From a virus (lineage: Duplodnaviria > Caudoviricetes): a stretch of DNA of 27,151 nucleotides. Below are positions 8,857-18,933 of the stretch, piece after piece. The number at the start of each line of letters is the position of its first letter. Position 1 is the stretch's first letter. The stretch lies in the IMG/VR virus record IMGVR_UViG_3300020042_008659, positions 1-27,151 of that record. One strand, written 5' to 3'. Both the position numbers and the translations under genes were made by a program. The notes under the pieces were generated by a model that did not search any database, was not told the DNA's origin, and was given only the letters and a program-made list of their open reading frames with translations.

Positions 8857-9033
8857 ATGAAAAAAGTTTTTTTTGAAATAGGAGGACATAAAATGGTTAT
8901 GGAAGTAAATTCAAATACGGATGCCGAGGCAAAAGAAATTGTGAAAAACAAAATTATATTTCACAAAATAGCAGAAAAAAAAGATGAAGATATTGAAAAT
9001 ATTTTAAAAAATATTTTATCTGTTATAAAATGA
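8857..9033 (+). CDS. hypothetical protein (58 aa, MKKVFFEIGGHKMVMEV...)
   Basis: Read manually; ATGA overlap with the next gene. Confidence 0.6.
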   Translation: MKKVFFEIGGHKMVMEVNSNTDAEAKEIVKNKIIFHKIAEKKDEDIENILKNILSVIK

Positions 9034-9470
9034 CAACTATTCGTGACTATATGGACAAATGCGATTTGGTCATTAACAACTTAGTTAATGAGCAGAAAAA
9101 AGTTGTCATGCGTAATAAGCAGAAAATAATCACGCTAAACAAGATGCAGTTCATTGACGGATTTGGGAGCGATGACCGAGTTTTAAAAAATCAAAATCCC
9201 GTTTTTTCTGGAAAATACAGAACAGGAGATAAGCGAGGTCAAAAGTATGATTTTTTCGAAACGGGTGTTTTTTACCGTGGTTTAAACATCAAGTTCGACG
9301 GTAATGAAAGCTTTGATATTTTTTCAACGGGCATAGATACTACTCCTGATAAATACGACTTCTTTAAAGGGTATTTTAATCTTTTTGGATTAGACACGGA
9401 AAGCAGAAGAATTTTAAACTACGAAATAATCAAGCCTGAATTAATTACTTACATAAAAAAATATTTATGA
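9030..9470 (+). CDS. putative neck/tail completion protein
   Basis: 146 aa, basic, FETGVFYRGL resembles the DTG.L..S motif of neck/morphogenesis proteins; synteny. Confidence 0.45.
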   Translation: MTTIRDYMDKCDLVINNLVNEQKKVVMRNKQKIITLNKMQFIDGFGSDDRVLKNQNPVFSGKYRTGDKRGQKYDFFETGVFYRGLNIKFDGNESFDIFSTGIDTTPDKYDFFKGYFNLFGLDTESRRILNYEIIKPELITYIKKYL

Positions 9471-10108
9471 TTTTTCAAAAAATAAAATATTACGATAACA
9501 TTGAGATATTGCCCCTTTACAACTTTGACAAATATCGAAGCACAAAGGATTTAAATTGGTTTATTGTTGGGTATGACGGGAGGCAAAAAAAGCTAAACAA
9601 CGAAAAGTTAAAAGAAATAGAAACATCAATTATCGACCAATATTTTAAAGAAATTGACGATGCTACTTTTTTATCAAGACTAAAAAAGTGGGGCGAGATT
9701 GATATTTTAAAATCAAAATATGTAGTTGTTAAGTCTTTGGTTTCAACAATGTTGGCTTTAATATCATCTAACAATGAAGATATGGAGCTAAGATTGAATC
9801 TCATAAAATCATTAAAAAAACACGGCTATTCTATACCAGAAATAAACACTATTGAAGGAGATATAGAGAGTTTAATGATTATTGATTCGGGAGTTGAAGG
9901 CATAAAAACTCAAATACACCTGATTGAAAAAGAGCTTGTAATTACCGAAAAAAAGAAGGCTTCACTACATAGTCAGCTTAGACTGCTTGAAATAGGGTTA
10001 GGCTATAATTACAGATTAAACGAGAAACAAATTACCGTGTCGGAGTGGGTAGCTGAATGCAAATTGTTAGAAGAAAAGAACGCACAAAACAACAATGTTA
10101 AAAAATAA
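9467..10108 (+). CDS. putative tail assembly chaperone
   Basis: 213 aa helical protein directly upstream of tape measure; synteny only. Confidence 0.45.
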   Translation: MIFQKIKYYDNIEILPLYNFDKYRSTKDLNWFIVGYDGRQKKLNNEKLKEIETSIIDQYFKEIDDATFLSRLKKWGEIDILKSKYVVVKSLVSTMLALISSNNEDMELRLNLIKSLKKHGYSIPEINTIEGDIESLMIIDSGVEGIKTQIHLIEKELVITEKKKASLHSQLRLLEIGLGYNYRLNEKQITVSEWVAECKLLEEKNAQNNNVKK

Positions 10109-10111
10109 ACG

Positions 10112-13100
10112 ATGAGTAATACTGTTGATGTTATATTTGCTCAGGAAGCCATTGCTTCCATAAAAAAAGCAAAAGACGAATTAGCTTTGGCGGCTGCCGA
10201 AATTCTTAAGATTTCGCAAAACGTAACGACGCTGAATAATAATTTTAGAAACCTACATGTACCAAGTGACTTGACGGCTCTTAATGCTGCTAACGCTCAG
10301 TTAACGGCACAAATGCAAGCGCAAGCTGCCGCTTTGGCTACTTTGCAAAATCAGTACAATCAACTATCGCAGAGTAGAAATAGAAACAATAGCCAATCGG
10401 CAGAAGAAGCGGTAAACCAGAGGTTGCTAAATAGAAATGCACGAGAGGCAGCCACAATAACCTCTGCTTTGGCGGGTAATTACGGCAGACTAAATGCAGA
10501 GCATCAAAGAGCTTCGAGAAACTTACAAGATTTAATAGTAAGAGGAAGGCTTTCGACTCAAACCCAAAGAGAGTATAACCGTGAACTGCAAAACGCTAGA
10601 AGGGACTTTGAACAACTTGACAGGAGGATAAGGGCTGCTGATTCCGCAGTAGGCAGGTTTAATAGGAGCGTAGGTAATTACCCTATAAATGCCGCAAAAG
10701 GAATAAAAGAATTAATTCAAGCCTTTGGGGTTACTGGAGGAGTAGTTGGAGTTATTGCGCTAGGAAAAGGCTTGTTTGAAACAACTAAAGAGCTGATGTC
10801 TTTGGACGGGGCAATGAAACTGGTTACTAAAACAAGTGATAATTTCGCAAATCAGCAAGTTTTTTTGAAAAGAATATCAGAGGCTTATGGCGTGGAAATA
10901 TCGGCTTTAACAAAACAATTTACTCAATTTTATGTTTCGGCTAGTGATAAAATTTCAGCCACCGAAATACAGAATATATTTGAAAGTGTCGCTAAATCAT
11001 CAGCTAAAATGGGCTTATCTGTTGAAAGTCAAGATAGAGCATTTTTAGCCCTCAATCAAATGATGTCTAAAGGCTCTGTAACTGCTGAGGAGCTAAAAGG
11101 ACAGCTGGGAGAGGCATTGCCCGGGGCTTTTGGTATAATGGCTAGAGCCATAGGTGTCACCGAGAAAGAGCTAGGAAAGTTGATGAAAGAAGGAGACGTT
11201 GCAGCCTCAAAGGTGTTGCCTTTGTTCGCCAAGGAGCTAGAAAAAACTTATGGCGTTGAGAATGTTAAGCGGGTGGATAATTTATCCGCTGCTCAAACTA
11301 GATTTTCAAACGCTTGGAAAAACTTTGTAAGAAGTTTAGACGCAGACGGAAACAAATTAAGCAAATTCTTTTCAAAAATACTAAACATCACTAGCGATTT
11401 GATAAAAGGAGTCGAAATTATGTCTCAATCTTCGGAAGAAAGAAGACTTAATATTTTAAAAGGGTTGCGGGACAAAGGCTATTCTGAAACATTAGAATAT
11501 TATAAAAACAACAAGGAAGCTACCGAGGAGGACATGAGACTGCATAGGCAGTATACTATCCAAAAAGTAGATGAATTTAATAAAGAAAAGAAGCTTATAA
11601 TAGGAAGAATTAATATGTTCAAGACCGTGTACGGGGATAGAGAATTTATAAAGGCAATTAAAGGGGGTGATGTTGAAGGTAACAGAGCCAAGGCAGAGGC
11701 AGAATATAGAGCTGATTTAGAAAGACTAAAAAATATAAGTCAAGTCTCTCAAAAATACGCTGGCGAAGTTGGGGCTTTAAATCAACTATTGCAAAAAAAA
11801 CCAACAAATACAGGAGAAGAAGAATTAACCAAGGAGCAAGAAAAAGCATTAGAGGAGCGCTTAAAAAGCCTTTACGAGTATAATAAGGCGGTTTTAGAAC
11901 TAGAAATAGCGAAAAACACAGCTCTAGTAAACAATGAAGATTCTTACTACACGGATAGATTAACGGCTTTGGATAAGTTATTGGTAAGTCAGTCAAAACT
12001 AACAAAATTAAACTTTGATGAAGAAATAAGGCTAGCCAAGGAAAATGATTTAAAGAAGAAAACAGCCTTAGAAAAATTCAACAAAGATGCTTTTTTGATT
12101 AGGGAGGAGTATTTAAAAAAACAAGCGGATTTAGAAAAATTAGATTTAAACCAAATAACAACATTCGCAAAGGGCAAAGATTCTGATCCTTTGAAAGACT
12201 TAGCCGAAAGCGGAAAAGAGGCGACGAAAGAGCTTGAAAACACAGCGGAAGCAGTCGAAAAAGCTAGAAAACAACTTTTGGAACTAAAGAAAACTACGGA
12301 TGAATGGCTTGGGTCGTTTAGTAAGGATTTCTTAGATAGTAGCGGATTTGGCACTCTTTCTGATTATTTGGATGGGACATTTAAGAAATTAATAGAAGGT
12401 GCGGAAACTGTAGAAGAAAAATTCGCCGTTACTTTCAATGCAATTGCTGAAACCGCACAAGAAGCATTCAATTTTATCTCCAACGCTTCACAAGCTAATT
12501 TCGACGCAGAATATTCGAGACTAGAAAGTCAAAAAGAAAACGCTCTTAAATTTGCTGGAGAAGGTACGGCAGCAAGAAAAAAGATAGAAGATGACTATGA
12601 GAAAAAGAAAAAAGAAGTAGCGAACAGAGAAAATAAAGCAAAGCAAAAACAAGCGATATTCAATATCGCCATAGATACAGCTCAGGCGGTTGTTGCTTCA
12701 TTTATCAAAGACCCAACAGGAATAACGGCTGCAATTATCGCAGCTTTAGGAGCTGCACAAATAGGGGTAGTTGCTGCTCAAAAAATACCACAGTATTTTG
12801 ATGGAGGTATTCACGGAGGAGGTTTAGCGATGATTAACGACTCAGGAAGTTCGAACTATGTTGAAACCGTTGTTACGCCTGATGGTAAGATTCAGCAATT
12901 TAAAGGGCGTGATGTCGTAACTGATTTACCAAAAGGTACTGAGATTTTCACTCCTGAACAATGGCAGCAAAAAGAGCTTGAACATATGATTAATAGCCGT
13001 GGTGTAATGTTAAACAATCAAGTTAGTCAAGGAATGACAGAGGAGCAACTAGACAGGGTAATGTCGAAGCATTTTAGCAAGATACAAGTAAGCAAAACAG

Positions 13101-13198
13101 TTTACGACAAAAAAGGGTTTAGCTCTTACGTAGAATATCAGGGCAACAAAACAATCAGAAATGCTAACCGTGCGTCAGGCACAGGATTTAATGTATAA
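10112..13198 (+). CDS. tail tape measure protein
   Basis: 1028 aa Ala/Lys/Glu-rich coiled coil with tape-measure motif ALNQMMSKGSVTAEELKGQLGEALPGAF. Confidence 0.93.
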   Translation: MSNTVDVIFAQEAIASIKKAKDELALAAAEILKISQNVTTLNNNFRNLHVPSDLTALNAANAQLTAQMQAQAAALATLQNQYNQLSQSRNRNNSQSAEEAVNQRLLNRNAREAATITSALAGNYGRLNAEHQRASRNLQDLIVRGRLSTQTQREYNRELQNARRDFEQLDRRIRAADSAVGRFNRSVGNYPINAAKGIKELIQAFGVTGGVVGVIALGKGLFETTKELMSLDGAMKLVTKTSDNFANQQVFLKRISEAYGVEISALTKQFTQFYVSASDKISATEIQNIFESVAKSSAKMGLSVESQDRAFLALNQMMSKGSVTAEELKGQLGEALPGAFGIMARAIGVTEKELGKLMKEGDVAASKVLPLFAKELEKTYGVENVKRVDNLSAAQTRFSNAWKNFVRSLDADGNKLSKFFSKILNITSDLIKGVEIMSQSSEERRLNILKGLRDKGYSETLEYYKNNKEATEEDMRLHRQYTIQKVDEFNKEKKLIIGRINMFKTVYGDREFIKAIKGGDVEGNRAKAEAEYRADLERLKNISQVSQKYAGEVGALNQLLQKKPTNTGEEELTKEQEKALEERLKSLYEYNKAVLELEIAKNTALVNNEDSYYTDRLTALDKLLVSQSKLTKLNFDEEIRLAKENDLKKKTALEKFNKDAFLIREEYLKKQADLEKLDLNQITTFAKGKDSDPLKDLAESGKEATKELENTAEAVEKARKQLLELKKTTDEWLGSFSKDFLDSSGFGTLSDYLDGTFKKLIEGAETVEEKFAVTFNAIAETAQEAFNFISNASQANFDAEYSRLESQKENALKFAGEGTAARKKIEDDYEKKKKEVANRENKAKQKQAIFNIAIDTAQAVVASFIKDPTGITAAIIAALGAAQIGVVAAQKIPQYFDGGIHGGGLAMINDSGSSNYVETVVTPDGKIQQFKGRDVVTDLPKGTEIFTPEQWQQKELEHMINSRGVMLNNQVSQGMTEEQLDRVMSKHFSKIQVSKTVYDKKGFSSYVEYQGNKTIRNANRASGTGFNV

Positions 13199-13201
13199 GT
13201 T

Positions 13202-15835
13202 ATGAGATTCTTTTTAAATTTTCTATCAGACAATTACGGACGAAAATTAATCGACGAACCGATAAGATTTTCCGATGTCGATTTTAACATTAAGCAACGC
13301 TCTGGAGGCATGGCTCGTGATGTTGCTCTGAATGGAGATAAGATTGATTTTGAGTTTACCTACATGCGAAATCATGAGATTAAGCAGCTTCTGTATTATT
13401 TCAATCGATTTGGATTTGAGGCGAAATGTAACCTTGAAATAGAAATAGACGCAAACAACACTTACATTTGTGAGCTTGATTTTGCAAATGCTCAAACTGA
13501 CGACTATCAAGGTATCAAGTTAAAAGGGCTTCCATTGTCTGATTATCAGGTTTTAAAAAGAAGAAAATCGGTAAAGGTTGATTTGTTTAGCGATAAAAAT
13601 GCGGACGGAGACTACATTTCTCCGTTAGCGCCTGAGAACATATTAATGTTAGCAACCCCTTTAGTTCAAAAATCAAAATGGGAGCAAACAACAGACTATA
13701 ACGAAAATTTAGACGCTAAAGGAAGCGACAATCCAACGGGCGACGACTGCACCAACTGGTATTTCGTCAACCCGTGCCAGTCATTAGTCGAGCAAGGAAT
13801 CGAAGATAGCTCTTCTTTTTTTGTGGCAAGTGAAAAAACGCAAAACAGAAATAGCCCCGCTACGATTTCTCAGTTTTATATTGTAAAGGCAAAAGATAAC
13901 CTTAAAAATATAAACATTAATATAAAAGGATTGGATTTGAATCTGACAACCGACACAGACAACGGAGGGAGCGGATATGTATCTATGTCACTTCTTGTAA
14001 AATATGGTGCAGATTTAGCCACAGCCACGGAAATAAACTTGCTTAATGCGTATGTCGAAGAGAATAGATCATTTTCTCATGTTGGAGATTTTGTAGCTAC
14101 TATTCCAGAGATCAAGCGTGATGATAGTGTTTGGGTGTTCTTTCAATTTAAAGTTAGACAGTCAAAAACAAATGTTGTTGGAGATCCTCGTTTTGAATGC
14201 TTCACGGAAATCAAAAGCGGCTTAACGATAGAAGCTACTGCGGAAAGTACTTCTTACAACTCAATATGTTCATCTTTCGGGCTTTACGATGTATGCTCTC
14301 AAATAGTTAAGTCAATTTCTGGAATGGAAATAGTTGCGCCAAGATTTCAGGCAGGAGGTGACTTATACGGAAATAGACTGCTAAACGGAAACCTTTTGCG
14401 ATCAATAAAAGACAAGCCTTTTAATATCAGCCTTGAAGATTTAGAAAAATCATTTCCAGAAATAAAATTCGACTACCAAATAATGCCAAATGGAAAAGTT
14501 TTTTTCGGTGGCGAAACAGACTTCTATACAAATGTAGAAATGGCGGTGTTTCCAAACACGCAATTTGACGAAATGACCAAAGAATTTAATCCATTGTACA
14601 TGGTCAATGAATTTTCTTTTGCTTATAAGAATTACCAGTCTTTAAAAGAAAACACCGTGGCAGGTTCAGCTGATACTATACACGGTGAAAGTCGTTATGT
14701 GTTTAATAATAAAAAAGTAGAAAATAAAAAGGTAGTCGAGGTTAACTGGACAAGAGATACACTATTAATTGAAACTCAAAGAAAGCAAGGTTTGTTAATT
14801 TCTGAAAATACCACTACTCAGGACGACGACGGAATATTCATCCTAGACACTATCGCCACAACAAATGACCAAACATTTACAGAAGTTACGGAGCTATCAC
14901 ACACATATCAAGCGGCTACAGAAAAGCTGATACTAAGAACAGATGGCGTTATTAATTTTACACTTCTTGGTTTTCAAGCAAACAGTGTTTTTAAAATTTT
15001 GGCACCAGACAATAACGCAGGAGACTACACAGTAAATCAAATTGACCCTAGTCAAATAACACTAACAAGAATTTCAGGTGGCGCAATAGGAAGTTCTAAC
15101 GATGGTATCAGAAGCACTCGTTATCAATATACTATTGATGACGCTTATATTCCCCACACAAACAGAACCATCCAAGGTTTTGACGGAGTGCCGTTTAATT
15201 TAAACGCTGGCGACAAATACTCAAATCTAAACTATTCTATAGGTTGGAATATCAGAAGATTTTGGAATAGTTATTTGGCAACTTGCAATATTTTTTGGAA
15301 AGACATCACAATAAAAAACACTTGGTACAAAAACAATGGAGAATGCACAACAAGTATAAATGGTGTTATTGTTAAAGAAAAAGATGATTTATTGCCAAAC
15401 AACCCTATTGTAACCCCTTTTATGTATAGCGATGTTGTATTTAAACACGTTGATTTCCTTGACTTTGTAAATTTACAAAATTCGATTAGAACGCAATGCG
15501 GGTTTGTAAGGTTTATCGACAACAATAGAAAAGTAGTTAAACTCTACCCTACTGAGGTTGAATATTCATTGCTAGAGAAAAAGCTAAGTATCAAGGGGGA
15601 AGAGAAGTACGAGCCTACGACCATGCTTATAGTCACTGAGCAAAACTACATTTTAATCAACAACGAAACTAGGGTAGATTCAATTATTTACGAAATAAAA
15701 AACGAGAAACTTTACGTGTTTGACTCGACAAGACAGCTACTTTACAACGGAGTTTATTGGCATGAGGTCAGCGTAAACGGGGCTTTTGCAGACACTCAAA
15801 ATAAATTAAAAGAATGGATGGATTTGATGATTTAA
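13202..15835 (+). CDS. large tail tip/hub structural protein
   Basis: 877 aa beta-rich ORF immediately after tape measure. Confidence 0.65.
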   Translation: MRFFLNFLSDNYGRKLIDEPIRFSDVDFNIKQRSGGMARDVALNGDKIDFEFTYMRNHEIKQLLYYFNRFGFEAKCNLEIEIDANNTYICELDFANAQTDDYQGIKLKGLPLSDYQVLKRRKSVKVDLFSDKNADGDYISPLAPENILMLATPLVQKSKWEQTTDYNENLDAKGSDNPTGDDCTNWYFVNPCQSLVEQGIEDSSSFFVASEKTQNRNSPATISQFYIVKAKDNLKNININIKGLDLNLTTDTDNGGSGYVSMSLLVKYGADLATATEINLLNAYVEENRSFSHVGDFVATIPEIKRDDSVWVFFQFKVRQSKTNVVGDPRFECFTEIKSGLTIEATAESTSYNSICSSFGLYDVCSQIVKSISGMEIVAPRFQAGGDLYGNRLLNGNLLRSIKDKPFNISLEDLEKSFPEIKFDYQIMPNGKVFFGGETDFYTNVEMAVFPNTQFDEMTKEFNPLYMVNEFSFAYKNYQSLKENTVAGSADTIHGESRYVFNNKKVENKKVVEVNWTRDTLLIETQRKQGLLISENTTTQDDDGIFILDTIATTNDQTFTEVTELSHTYQAATEKLILRTDGVINFTLLGFQANSVFKILAPDNNAGDYTVNQIDPSQITLTRISGGAIGSSNDGIRSTRYQYTIDDAYIPHTNRTIQGFDGVPFNLNAGDKYSNLNYSIGWNIRRFWNSYLATCNIFWKDITIKNTWYKNNGECTTSINGVIVKEKDDLLPNNPIVTPFMYSDVVFKHVDFLDFVNLQNSIRTQCGFVRFIDNNRKVVKLYPTEVEYSLLEKKLSIKGEEKYEPTTMLIVTEQNYILINNETRVDSIIYEIKNEKLYVFDSTRQLLYNGVYWHEVSVNGAFADTQNKLKEWMDLMI

Positions 15836-15840
15836 TGTTT

Positions 15841-15874
15841 AAAACCGTTACATTAATTTTGTAACGGTTTTTTT
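15841..15874 (+). terminator. rho-independent terminator
   Basis: AAAACCGTTACA / TGTAACGGTTTT perfect stem plus T run. Confidence 0.88.
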
Positions 15875-15875
15875 G

Positions 15876-15883
15876 TATATTTG
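15876..15883 (+). promoter_or_regulatory. -7 element TATATTTG abutting the terminator
   Basis: Consensus match 16 nt before ATG 15900. Confidence 0.6.
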
Positions 15884-15899
15884 TTTAAAAATTAAAAAT

Positions 15900-16325
15900 A
15901 TGGCAAATGTAATATACAACTCTTTCAAAAGGGATGTTTTTTTAGGAAGTGTCGATTTGTTAAACGACACTGTAAAATTAATGCTAGTTACTTCTGCATA
16001 CGTGCCAAACATTGACACACACGCCAAAAGAAGCGACATTACTAATGAGGTAGTAGGGACTGGATACACGGCAGGTGGAGTGACATTGGCAAACAAAACG
16101 GTAACAGTAAACAATACTACAGATAGAAGTGTGTTCGATGCTGACGATGTTACGATACCAGACGCCACAATTACTGCGAGAGGGGCGGTTTTGTACAAAT
16201 CAAGAGGAGGCGCAGCAACAGCGGATGAGTTAATTGGATATTTAGATTTTTTGGTAGACAAGACCTCGGGGGGAGGAAACTTTGATATAACATTCGATGC
16301 GGCAGGAATCTTAACAAACTCTTAA
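15900..16325 (+). CDS. small virion structural protein (MANVIYNSFK..., GYTAGG, FDADDV)
   Basis: Start moved to ATG 15900 because the track's TTG start lies in the terminator/promoter; motifs resemble phage minor tail/fibre-associated proteins. Confidence 0.65.
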   Translation: MANVIYNSFKRDVFLGSVDLLNDTVKLMLVTSAYVPNIDTHAKRSDITNEVVGTGYTAGGVTLANKTVTVNNTTDRSVFDADDVTIPDATITARGAVLYKSRGGAATADELIGYLDFLVDKTSGGGNFDITFDAAGILTNS

Positions 16326-16326
16326 A

Positions 16327-17160
16327 ATGGCAATCACAACAGTTGACGGGGTAGTAAGTGCCTTAGGAGGTAGTTTTACCCAATTCATTATAGATAAAGC
16401 CTCCGTAGCTAACCAGACAGCAGGGCGCATGGTTTCATTATGGCGTGCATCTGCTGGTATTCCAGCACAAGCGGCAATACCGACGGCAGCAGTACAGCTG
16501 AGTAATGGAGCAGTAGGGTCTATCGCTTTTACAAGCCAAGTATTGCCCGCCAAAGCTTATTTAGGATTTGCAGATTATTCAAATTCAGTCGCTGGGAATT
16601 CTCTTGTTTTTTGCGATAGAATCGCTAATATGGGTGGATTAGATTTTAATATTACAACCGCACAAACCACTAATTTGCCTATTAATTTAGGAACTTTGGG
16701 CGTTGTTTCCGAAAGGATAGGTGCTGCTAATTATAGCGATATACAATGGTATTTAGAGGTATATACCGATGGAGGAGCTACAGCTTCGAATGCAACTATC
16801 GGGGTTATTTATGATGACAATCTATCTGGGAATCTAAATGTAGTCGCAGTTGGAGGGACATTAAGAGCGGGGCAATGCATCGCCTTAAATCCTTTTAAAG
16901 TGATTAATGGAAGATACATAAAGGCTGTAACTAGCGTTCAATTGTCTGCCGCCACGGGTACGGTTGGTAATTTTGGAATTACAGCCGTTAGAGAGCTGGC
17001 AAGTTGCAGTAATGACGTAGCTTCTAAGCGTGAGAATTTCGATTGGGCGAAATTAGGACTGCCAACTATCCCCTCAGGGGCGTGCGTTTTTCCCATGGTT
17101 TACCCAGTATCAACAAGCTCAGGTATAGTGAAATCTATAGGCAAAATAGTTTATGGCTAG
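16327..17160 (+). CDS. hypothetical, probably virion-associated beta-rich protein
   Basis: 277 aa A/G/S/T/V-rich, coupled to neighbours. Confidence 0.6.
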   Translation: MAITTVDGVVSALGGSFTQFIIDKASVANQTAGRMVSLWRASAGIPAQAAIPTAAVQLSNGAVGSIAFTSQVLPAKAYLGFADYSNSVAGNSLVFCDRIANMGGLDFNITTAQTTNLPINLGTLGVVSERIGAANYSDIQWYLEVYTDGGATASNATIGVIYDDNLSGNLNVVAVGGTLRAGQCIALNPFKVINGRYIKAVTSVQLSAATGTVGNFGITAVRELASCSNDVASKRENFDWAKLGLPTIPSGACVFPMVYPVSTSSGIVKSIGKIVYG

Positions 17161-17836
17161 TTACACGCAAGTTGTAAAAAGATATTGTGGAGGCGATGCT
17201 ATTTGGACGAACAAAAGCAACGCCTCTAATATTATTAGCGACGACTTTTTTGGTATAATCAACGCCTCTGCTGCTGTTTCTGAATTAAATTTAACCGCTC
17301 TGTTGAATGTGGTTCAATGCAAAAGCGGTTCATCAGTGACAGTTGGTGTGATTGATTCTAATTTATCGGTAATCGACGCAACAGCAAATGGGAGTTCAGC
17401 AGTATTGGTAAGTGTAATCGATTCTTATTTTTCACTAAATACGGCAACAGTAAAAGGAGGTGCCTATAATGCGGTAAATACAATCGATTCGACTCTATTG
17501 CTTAACGAATCGACCGCAAAAGGAGGCACGACGATATCAGCAAGTGTTCTTGGGTCAAATTTATATGTAAATAATGTTTTCGCAAAAGGAGGCGCATTTA
17601 TACAAAATAATACATTAAATAGTATTTTAACTATAAATCCAGCCACAGCCACAGGGGGGATAATTTCAGGTGCTGTTGTCGAGGTTTTGCAGTTAAATAT
17701 TAGTCTAAATCAAGTTGTATTTTTGGCAGAAGATGGGCAATATGAAATCTTAGAATTAAAATCAAAAATAACAAATTTTCAATCATGGGGAAGTTATACA
17801 AAGGTCAAACTAATCTTAAAATCACAGCTGAGGTAG
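17153..17836 (+). CDS. repeat protein with ~22 aa period (fibre-like)
   Basis: IDS-x-L...ATAKGG repeats; AAAGGAGG at 17453/17519/17585 and GATTC at 17354/17420/17486 (66 bp spacing). Confidence 0.65.
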   Translation: MASYTQVVKRYCGGDAIWTNKSNASNIISDDFFGIINASAAVSELNLTALLNVVQCKSGSSVTVGVIDSNLSVIDATANGSSAVLVSVIDSYFSLNTATVKGGAYNAVNTIDSTLLLNESTAKGGTTISASVLGSNLYVNNVFAKGGAFIQNNTLNSILTINPATATGGIISGAVVEVLQLNISLNQVVFLAEDGQYEILELKSKITNFQSWGSYTKVKLILKSQLR

Positions 17837-18081
17837 GCGATGATTTAACAGGTTTTTCTTATGCTAAGTTAATATTTAGAAGCCCGAGAAATATCGACAA
17901 AATAGCGGAATCAACCACTATAAAAGATGCTGCTAACGGGATATTGGAATTTATAGCCAATGATCCGTCTTTTTTTAACGAATCAGGTAGGTGGATAGGA
18001 TGGGCTAGATGTATAAATGCACAGGGATTAATATCAATTGGTGAGCCTAATGCGTTTTTTATTTATGAAGAAGGAAATTAA
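17785..18081 (+). CDS. small Ig-like/BppU-N-like structural adaptor
   Basis: 98 aa, DAANGILEF...SGRW pattern; 52 bp overlap with the upstream gene. Confidence 0.5.
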   Translation: MGKLYKGQTNLKITAEVGDDLTGFSYAKLIFRSPRNIDKIAESTTIKDAANGILEFIANDPSFFNESGRWIGWARCINAQGLISIGEPNAFFIYEEGN

Positions 18082-18085
18082 TTTG

Positions 18086-18113
18086 TATATTTGCCTAGCT
18101 AACGATGTGAATC
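18086..18113 (+). promoter_or_regulatory. -7 element TATATTTG plus GAT-GTGA-ATC mini-hairpin
   Basis: Shares TATATTTGCCTA and TGTGAA with the portal promoter. Confidence 0.6.
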
Positions 18114-18126
18114 AGGGGGCGAAATA

Positions 18127-18933
18127 ATGGTAGAACCGATAATAAACATATACAGGAGTAAAGAAGAGGCGTTTTATTTTGAAAACTCCCCAATAAACAC
18201 GCAATATATTTTCAAAGGAGTTCAATTATTGCCAAATAATCCATTAAAATACGTTCAAATTACCAACACTCCCAACGGCATAAATTTAGAAGATTGGACT
18301 GTTTTTGTCGTTGATTGCAAAGGAAATAAAACCAATATTACTTCAAGTTTTTTGGTTGAGTCGCTTACAAATTCAGACAACGGAAATCCCCAGTTTTATT
18401 GGTCTTTAAAAAATATCCCCCATGATTTTGGTTGGAAAATGGTTTACTTAGAAATCAATCAAGCTGTTGGAGAGACCTTTTACAGCACGCCATTCATGAT
18501 TACTAACATAGACAGCGCAAGAACTACACAATTTCACTACAAAGACTATAGAGACGATGTTTATCAATCTATCGGCTTAATGTCGTGGTTCTTGGAAAAC
18601 ACAAAGCAAACAGAGCTTACAACATCTTATGAGTTAAGCACTAGAAGTACAGTAGCTACAGCTTTAAAGGTGTCTAAATTAAAAAGATATAGAACCGAGC
18701 CGATGCCTAAAGATTTAATCATTTTGCTTACGGACATCTTAGAAAGTCCTATAGTTTACATTAATTTGCTCAGATCATCGCTTTTCGAAGCGGTGGATAT
18801 TGCGGATAAAACAGCACAAGAGAATTTTGCATCAATAGATTTTACGATTTCGCCAAATAAAAATGATTCATTTTTAGGGCTTGCAGATTATAACGGATTT
18901 GATTACGGACAACTAGATTATCAGACTATATGA
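18127..18933 (+). CDS. putative tail/baseplate structural protein
   Basis: 268 aa in tail module; synteny only. Confidence 0.55.
   Translation: MVEPIINIYRSKEEAFYFENSPINTQYIFKGVQLLPNNPLKYVQITNTPNGINLEDWTVFVVDCKGNKTNITSSFLVESLTNSDNGNPQFYWSLKNIPHDFGWKMVYLEINQAVGETFYSTPFMITNIDSARTTQFHYKDYRDDVYQSIGLMSWFLENTKQTELTTSYELSTRSTVATALKVSKLKRYRTEPMPKDLIILLTDILESPIVYINLLRSSLFEAVDIADKTAQENFASIDFTISPNKNDSFLGLADYNGFDYGQLDYQTI

Noticed and set aside
8857-10108. Programmed -1 frameshift of tail chaperones
   Set aside because: A and T runs are common here, and the ORFs are joined by ordinary ATGA overlaps with no start-less overlapping frame
17280-17660. 66 bp periodicity as a CRISPR array or DGR repeat
   Set aside because: Degenerate in-frame coding repeat of 22 aa; no identical repeats with spacers, and no cas or reverse transcriptase gene
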